Positions 57,500 to 64,000 of a DNA stretch of 64,000 nucleotides are shown one piece after another (position 1 is the first letter of the stretch; every line of letters begins with the position of its first letter). The position numbers were made by a program, and so were the translations under genes. The notes below the pieces were generated by a model. It was given only the letters and a program-made list of their open reading frames with translations. It was not told the origin of the DNA and searched no databases. Origin of the DNA: the human T2T-CHM13v2.0 reference genome, Homo sapiens; assembly GCF_009914755.1 (NCBI RefSeq), contig NC_060926.1, one strand, 5' to 3'.

Positions 57500-57770
57500 A
57501 TTTTCCACAGCAAAAATTTTTTTAGTACAAAATACTTTTATTTCAGAAAGGACTTACAGGGAAATTTTCTTGTCTGTTTCTTTTATACAGAAAGGAAAAT
57601 TTGGCTGGGCACTAATTTTTTTAGTGTCATTTTGTTTTCCTCGTAACTTAAAAATATTGCTTTCCTGTATCATAGTATTGGAGATTGTTGTAAAAATGTT
57701 TGATGCCAAGTAAATTAATTTTTATTCTACGTGACTTACATTTTTAACTTAGACATACATGAGACCCTTC
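57500..57770 (-). mobile_element. Very old L1/HAL1 ORF1-like fragment
   Basis: aatttggctgggc...aacttaaaaatattgct...aaatgtttgatgccaa. Confidence 0.4.
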
Positions 57771-57999
57771 CTTTATCTGAGAAAAAACATCTTTTATTCA
57801 AAATGTTACATATAGTATTCCTAATTCTTTGTCGCTAATTTATGAGAATAGATTATATTGTTGATAGGTCAGAATCATTTTTTTTTCTGTATATGGTATG
57901 CCATTATGATATGTAAATTTGTTCTTAGGGGAGAAAATATTTCTTTCATTACATATATAGATATTTAATTTTCTACTAATTTCAGATATCTTTGTTTTT

Positions 58000-59240
58000 A
58001 TTTTTAAAACTTTATTTTTAACAGACTTTTGGTGGAGTTTTTAGGATTTTCTATACATATTGTCTCAGTCCATTCTTAAGTCTCTATAAAGAGATACATA
58101 AAGCTCGGCAATTTATGAAGAAAAGAGATTTAATTGGCTCACAGTTCTGAAGGCTGTACAGGAAGCATGATGCTGGCATCTGCTCAGCTTCTGGGGAGGC
58201 CACAGGAAGCTTACAATCATGGTAGAAGGTGAAGGTGGGGCAGGCACATCCCATGGCAAGAGCAGAAGAAAGAGAGAGGGAGGGAGGTGCCACACACTTT
58301 TAAACAACCAGATTTCATGAGAACTCATTTACTATCATGAGGACAGCACCAAGCCATTCATGAGAGATCTGGCCCCATGACCCAAATACCTCCTACCTCT
58401 GTGGTGGAGATTACATTTCAACTGAGATTTGGAGGAACAAACATCTAAACTGTGTCATATATGATCATGTCATCTGCAAACAGACAATTTTACTTCTTTC
58501 TTTCTGATTTTGATGCCTTTCTTTTTTCTTGCCTAATTGCTAAGTCTAGGACTTCTGGTAATATATGGAATAAAAGTGGTGAGAATGAGAATCTTTGTCT
58601 TATTCCTAGAGGAAAAGCTTTCCGTTTTTCAATATTGAATATGATGTTAGCTGTGGACTTGTCACATATGGTTTTTATAATGAGGTACATTCCTTCAATA
58701 CCTAATGTATTGAGAGTTTTTAATCATAGAAGTATGTTAAACTTTGTATTCTTCATTTGAGAAATATCTATTCAGGTCTTTTGCCCATTTTTCAATCAGA
58801 TTATTGTTATTATTATTTTGCTATTGAGTTGAATTCCTTATATATTCTGGCTATTAATTTCTTGTGAGATGGATAGTTTGCAAACATTTTCTTTCATTCT
58901 GTAGGCTATTTTCACTTCGTTGAGTGTTTTCTTTCCAAGCAGAAGCTTTTCAGCTTGATGTAATCCCATTTGTCTATTTTTCGTTTTGTTGTCCGTTCTT
59001 TTTAGGTTTTACACAAAATTCTTCACCTAGACTAATGTCCTGGGTTGTTTCCTGAATGTTTTCTTCTAGTCATTTCATAGTTTCAGGTCTTAGATTTAAG
59101 CCTTTAATCAACTTTGATTTGATTTTTGTATATGGTAAGAGAGGTTCAGTTTCATTCTTCTACATTTGGTTATTCAGCTTTCCCAACACCATTTATTGAA
59201 GAGACCATCCTTTCCCAGTTGTATGTTCTTGGCCCCTTTG
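58000..59240 (-). mobile_element. L1MA-type ORF2 fragments interrupted by an MST LTR
   Basis: gatcatgtcatctgcaaacag; ORF 58490 [11 protein letters not shown]...[13 protein letters not shown]; a second piece 58750-59240 comes from the ORF2 C-terminus. Confidence 0.8.
58061..58457 (-). mobile_element. MSTA/MSTB MaLR solo LTR
   Basis: ttaattggctcacagttctg...ggcatctgctcagcttctggggaggcc; TSD catat/tatat. Confidence 0.9.
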
Positions 59241-60782
59241 AGGTTTTAATTTCAACAATAGGCAATAACATCTTCCTTTTGAACATGTCTCTTGCTACAT
59301 CAATTTTCAATAATGTAATTGAATATATGACAGGGTTAAATGGAACATTAATACTAATGTTTCAAATCCTGGTTATGTGGTAAATTTTGATATAACTATA
59401 ACGAGCATTCTGAGGTTAGTAGCACTGTATTTTTCATGGAAACTGAAACTTCTATGTGAAATTCAGCAAAAATGTAAGATGAGCAATAAGTATGATTTAT
59501 TTTCTATAGTAGATGTAGTTAACGGGAGACAACACAGGAATACATCATTTACAGTTGAGAAAGGAAATAAAATATGACTCTCCATTTATTGTCTTCTGCC
59601 TCACCCATGAAAAGCTCTAGTCTAAACATATGGACCACACCACAGAAAAATATAATTTTGTGTCTTTGAAATTCACATATGGAACATTGAACTTCTTGTT
59701 TACTCCTGCTATTTAAATTTAAAGGACAATATGAACAAAATATTAGACCACTTTAAGAGCCCTATTCTACTTTTTTACTGTATATAGTGTCGTCAAGGAT
59801 TTCAAATGCATTTGGTGTGGAAAATAAAACTGGACAACTTTAGTATGCATAAGCTGGCTGGCTCCAGGAGAAAGCAACCCTGAAATGTATTCCACACACT
59901 GAAAGGATTTTAAAGGACTTTGGCTTCTTTCAGTATCACAAAGCTTTTCTTCTTGTCTTGAGCAGTTTGACTTGAGTCTATAAGCTTTATGTCAAACAAA
60001 CTGGAACAAAATTTTGCATATCTGAAGAAAAACATCTTTTATTCAAAATGTTACATATAGTATTCCTAATTCTTCACCACTGCAGTCTCCTCCTTTATTC
60101 CCAATGTACCTGCCTTCTCTTTTTATAACTATGATGAGGTTTCCAGGTAGACCACTCACTGTTGCTCCTCCTCTCTTTCAGGAATTCTTTACGCTAGCCA
60201 AATTGAGAATAACTTGTTGGTCTCAGAAAATGCCAATTATTTTTCCCTTTCTGCATTCTGTTTTTCTTTCTTTGTCCTACCTGAAAATGCACAAATTCAA
60301 GAGAGAGAGAAAAAAATAGCTATGTAGATTAGCAATGCAAACAAAATTTCTCAGATAACTTCAACTGCTAAATGTTTAATGTCGGTAATGTCAACAGAAT
60401 AAACTTTTAAATGCCTTAAGTATTTCAGAAGTGTTCCTTTTTAAATGAACAAATACTGGTCTAAGTATAATGTACTAATCTGTATCCATTAAACCAAAAC
60501 ACCTGTAAAATAATGAAGGTTTATTTTTTTTCTCACAATGCCAGAGTAACAGTTCTACATTTAACAAACAACTGTTAAGTTCTAACATAATTTTAGTAAT
60601 TCAAAAGTTTTCAGTGGCTAATCTGAACTTCGCTTTACTATTAATATCAAGATTCATTCAATTTTCTTATTAGATAATAAGCTCTATGCAGGTAACTTTC
60701 CACAGAGTTTAACATAGTTGACATACAAAAATTTAATTAATTTAGTTTAGTTGAAGGCAATTCCTTTTTGTTTTACATAGTA

Positions 60783-60852
60783 TGAGATTGGTGCAAAAAT
60801 AATTGAAGTTTTTGAAATAGCAAAAACTGCAATTACTTTTGCACCAACCTAA
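60783..60852. mobile_element. MADE1 mariner MITE
   Basis: TA-flanked palindrome ttggtgcaaaaataattg...caattacttttgcaccaacctaa. Confidence 0.88.
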
Positions 60853-63279
60853 TAGTATACACAGGAAAATAAATAAGGTAAAAAAGAAAAATAAGCATGT
60901 TTTAAATCATTACAATAATCATTTTCCTTTTCTTTTTTCTGAGAAGCATAAGAGCCAAGAATCTATTATCACCCAACCCAAAAATAGAAGTTTAAAGGTG
61001 AAAGCTGAGAGGAGTTAAGTTGCCCCGAAGCCTCGCTCTGTGTTTAGCACAGGCTCCTGCTCTGATGGTTTGCTAGCATGCAGGCCCTAACTCATGCCTG
61101 TGGCTGCCTTTCTTGTAAAATGCACATTCCATTTCATAATCGGATGGATTTTTCAGGTCCTGCATGTGGAGAAAATGACTCCATTTCTCATGTGGTCTGC
61201 ATTTCTTGTGCCTTATAGTACTCACTTGAGGCATGCAATAATCATCCAGAGTGTGTAGCTGAATGAGGACATCAGCTGTGTTTTAGATCTATAAATACCA
61301 GAGAACAACCTTTCCCATACATTTGAAGCTCAGTGTGGCAAGTGGAATTTAGAATAGCCTCACAAATCATAGCATTTATTTCCAAAATGGAAGATGAAAT
61401 GAATCCAATATTCATTCCCAAAGATTTGGTGATACTTATTCTGATTTTTCTTGAATGTATTTGGATATAACAACAAATAATATTCTATGTGTTAGTTTAT
61501 CTCTGAAAAGCTTTTAACATGACAAAGGTTAATTTTTTTGGGCTACTTCTGGAAAAGTGTTGGTTATGGATATTTAAGATATTTATTTTTGGAAAAGACT
61601 CAATGTGATACATAGATGGGAACATTTAATAATCAATTTAGGTGTGTTACTAGAATTAATTGTAATACATATTTATGTTAATGGTAATAATGGAATTTTA
61701 CATGTAAAAGTATAACAGTTGGTCCCAGAATCCCACTTTTATATTATTGAATAAAATGTTCTAATATGTTCCTAATTTAGGTATCACATCTGAATTTATT
61801 TCTGCCCTACATGTTCCTAAGATTTTTATAAAAATAAATCTCTTAGTTTTTTTCAGGCTTTGCATATTTATTTCAATTACTTACTTTCTAATCTATTCGC
61901 TATACTTTTGTTCCTTTAACCATTAATTAAACATATCAACTCTTTTCAATTTCTAAAACACAGTACCTGATACATCCCCTTCTGTTTCACTAATCACACA
62001 GTAAAGGAATTCACCTGGTTTTCTCTGCAAAGCAATACCAAGTGCTGAGGCTTGATGTATTGTTTTGTTCTGCTCTGTTGTCTAATAATATGATAAACTT
62101 CTTTCAGCCTTGAGATAAGATGGAAGAAAAATGAAAGGTCTGGAAACACGGCAACACTGGGGAATATAAAAAGCCACATCAGAATTGGGATTTTGAGACA
62201 TAACTGAGAAAGCTTGAATCTATTTACTGTGAATTGCTCAAAGGAAATACAAAAACACTGTGGGAAATACGTATATCACTGTATATTGAACACATTTTCT
62301 AAGTTTGAAGAACTTGACAGGTTACACCCATATTCTTTTCTTTTCAGGAGCAACAGAGTTTTATGTTATTGTAACATAAACATCCTGTCTTTCTTTTCCT
62401 TATTTTTATCTCTTCAATTGGTGCAATCCAGATAAAATAATTAGAAATACTGAGGAAAGGGACTCTTTGCCCATCAATCAACACCTTTAGTGAACACCTT
62501 CTTAATACCTCACTGCCTTGTAGAGACAACATTCTCTACCTCAAGAAAGTGCCATCTAGTTATTTCACAGAAAACTTTAATCATGTTTGCATTTTCCACG
62601 TAGAATGATCAAAATTAGTGTACTGGGTTTGTGGATCAAAGTAATTAAATTTGCATCGATAATCTTTGTACTTTAAAAAATCTTATTTCCTTTCTTCCTT
62701 ATAGCTTATCTAAATCTTACTTTTATCCCCCTTTATTCCACTTTCATTACTCCGGGACACCCACCATGTGAAGTCCATTTTTTGAACTGTATGTTATCCA
62801 CTTACAGATCTCTCTCCCTATCATCTGCTTCTTAAACATTCTTCCACTTTTCTCACAGCCAAAAATTTCTCAAGAAAATAATAAAATGAAGCTGATTTTG
62901 CCACAACAAAATGAATATGGTTTGATATCAGGAAAGTCAATTTTGTTGCTCACATGATTATTTCAACTTTTTTCTACACTCCTAAAAATGTCTACACAAA
63001 GATGAATAAGACATATTACCTTCACTCAAGGACCTCTTAATGTGTTAGATGAGATAGATGTATCTTTGTAGAATTATAATACAGTCAAGTAAAGGTCAAA
63101 AGAGGAATCCATAATTAAGAAAGGAGAGACTTCACTGAGTATGTACTTATCTACTAGAGTTTTATAGGATAATTTGGGAAGAATGGGAAAAGGCCTTTGC
63201 ACATAGGAAAGACTTTGGGCCCCTTTTCACTCTCTTCTTCCTCTGCATTTTATCTTATACCTCTCTGGCTTCTCTAAGA

Positions 63280-63375
63280 CAAGGGGTGGTAAATTATACC
63301 CACAGGCTAAATCGGGCCTATTAACTTTTTTTTTTCAAATAAAGTTTTATTGGAACACAGCTATGCTTATGCTTT
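63280..63375. mobile_element. MER58-like hAT fragment
   Basis: caaggggtggtaaattata...aaataaagttttattggaacacagc. Confidence 0.65.
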
Positions 63376-63629
63376 AGGAAAGTGTCAAAATAATGCTGCT
63401 CAAGTTTTTCCCTTGTATTTTCAATCTGCATTGATTTAGTGCCATATATAAATACTACTTTTGATGGACATTTAGTTTCCTGTCTTTTAACATTACAGTT
63501 AGTGTTTTCTCCATTCCAACAAAATTCTCCTTGATCTTGATGTAATTGTAAAGCTGTGGTCTTTCCTCCACAGTATTAACAAGTATTAACAAACTGAAAT
63601 ACTCCTGGAATTCCAACTGCTTTATAGGA

Positions 63630-64000
63630 GGTCAACTGTGAAGAGATAAAGAACTCAACAGAATCAAATCAGGAGATGATGCAGATATTGGAATTATCAC
63701 AGTTTTTGGACCCATATGCAATGAACAATTGAAAATGTAGATAAATTTAAAGAAAAACTATCATTTGCAATATCATAAAACACTTGACAATTAAGAATAA
63801 ATCTGACTAAACATGCAAGATGTTTAAGATAATAAAGACAAAATATTGATGAGAGCAATTAAAGACACTTAACAAGGGAGAGGTATACTGTGTTCATGTA
63901 TCTGAAAACTCAGTGTTGTTAGGATGGCATTTCTTCTTGAACTGCTTATAGATTCAATTTAATTTCTATCCAAACACTAGCATGCTTTTTAAATGAACAT
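63630..64000 (+). mobile_element. Old L1M fragments (ORF2)
   Basis: gcaatgaacaattgaaaatg...tatactgtgttcatg...atagattcaat. Confidence 0.65.

Noticed and set aside
63572-63592. Short tandem duplication agtattaaca x2 (also caagatgtat x2 near 41237)
   Set aside because: Ordinary slippage-size duplications

Overview
This is primate (probably human) AT-rich intronic or intergenic DNA, mostly a layered record of transposon insertions. It holds about 12 Alus, a near full-length L1PA15-like element, two 5'-inverted (twin-primed) L1s, and a long L1MD-like element with nested insertions. It also holds a two-LTR HERV16/ERVL-type provirus, an LTR33 pair, several MaLR/ERV solo LTRs, Tigger/Charlie/mariner MITEs, and L2/MIR remnants. 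I see no intact protein-coding gene; nearly all ORF-track entries are repeat-derived or chance. Signals worth follow-up are a tailless 5'-half tRNA-Gly(TCC) retrocopy with a target-site duplication (TSD), a candidate 21-nt microexon whose donor is locked in a stem-loop, a 47-bp perfect dispersed doublet, a degenerate palindrome of homeodomain sites, a UG-repeat-associated cryptic exon candidate, and a 70-bp tandem duplication next to a young L1. I cannot support a wholly new biological system. Subfamily names come from remembered consensus sequences, not a database search.
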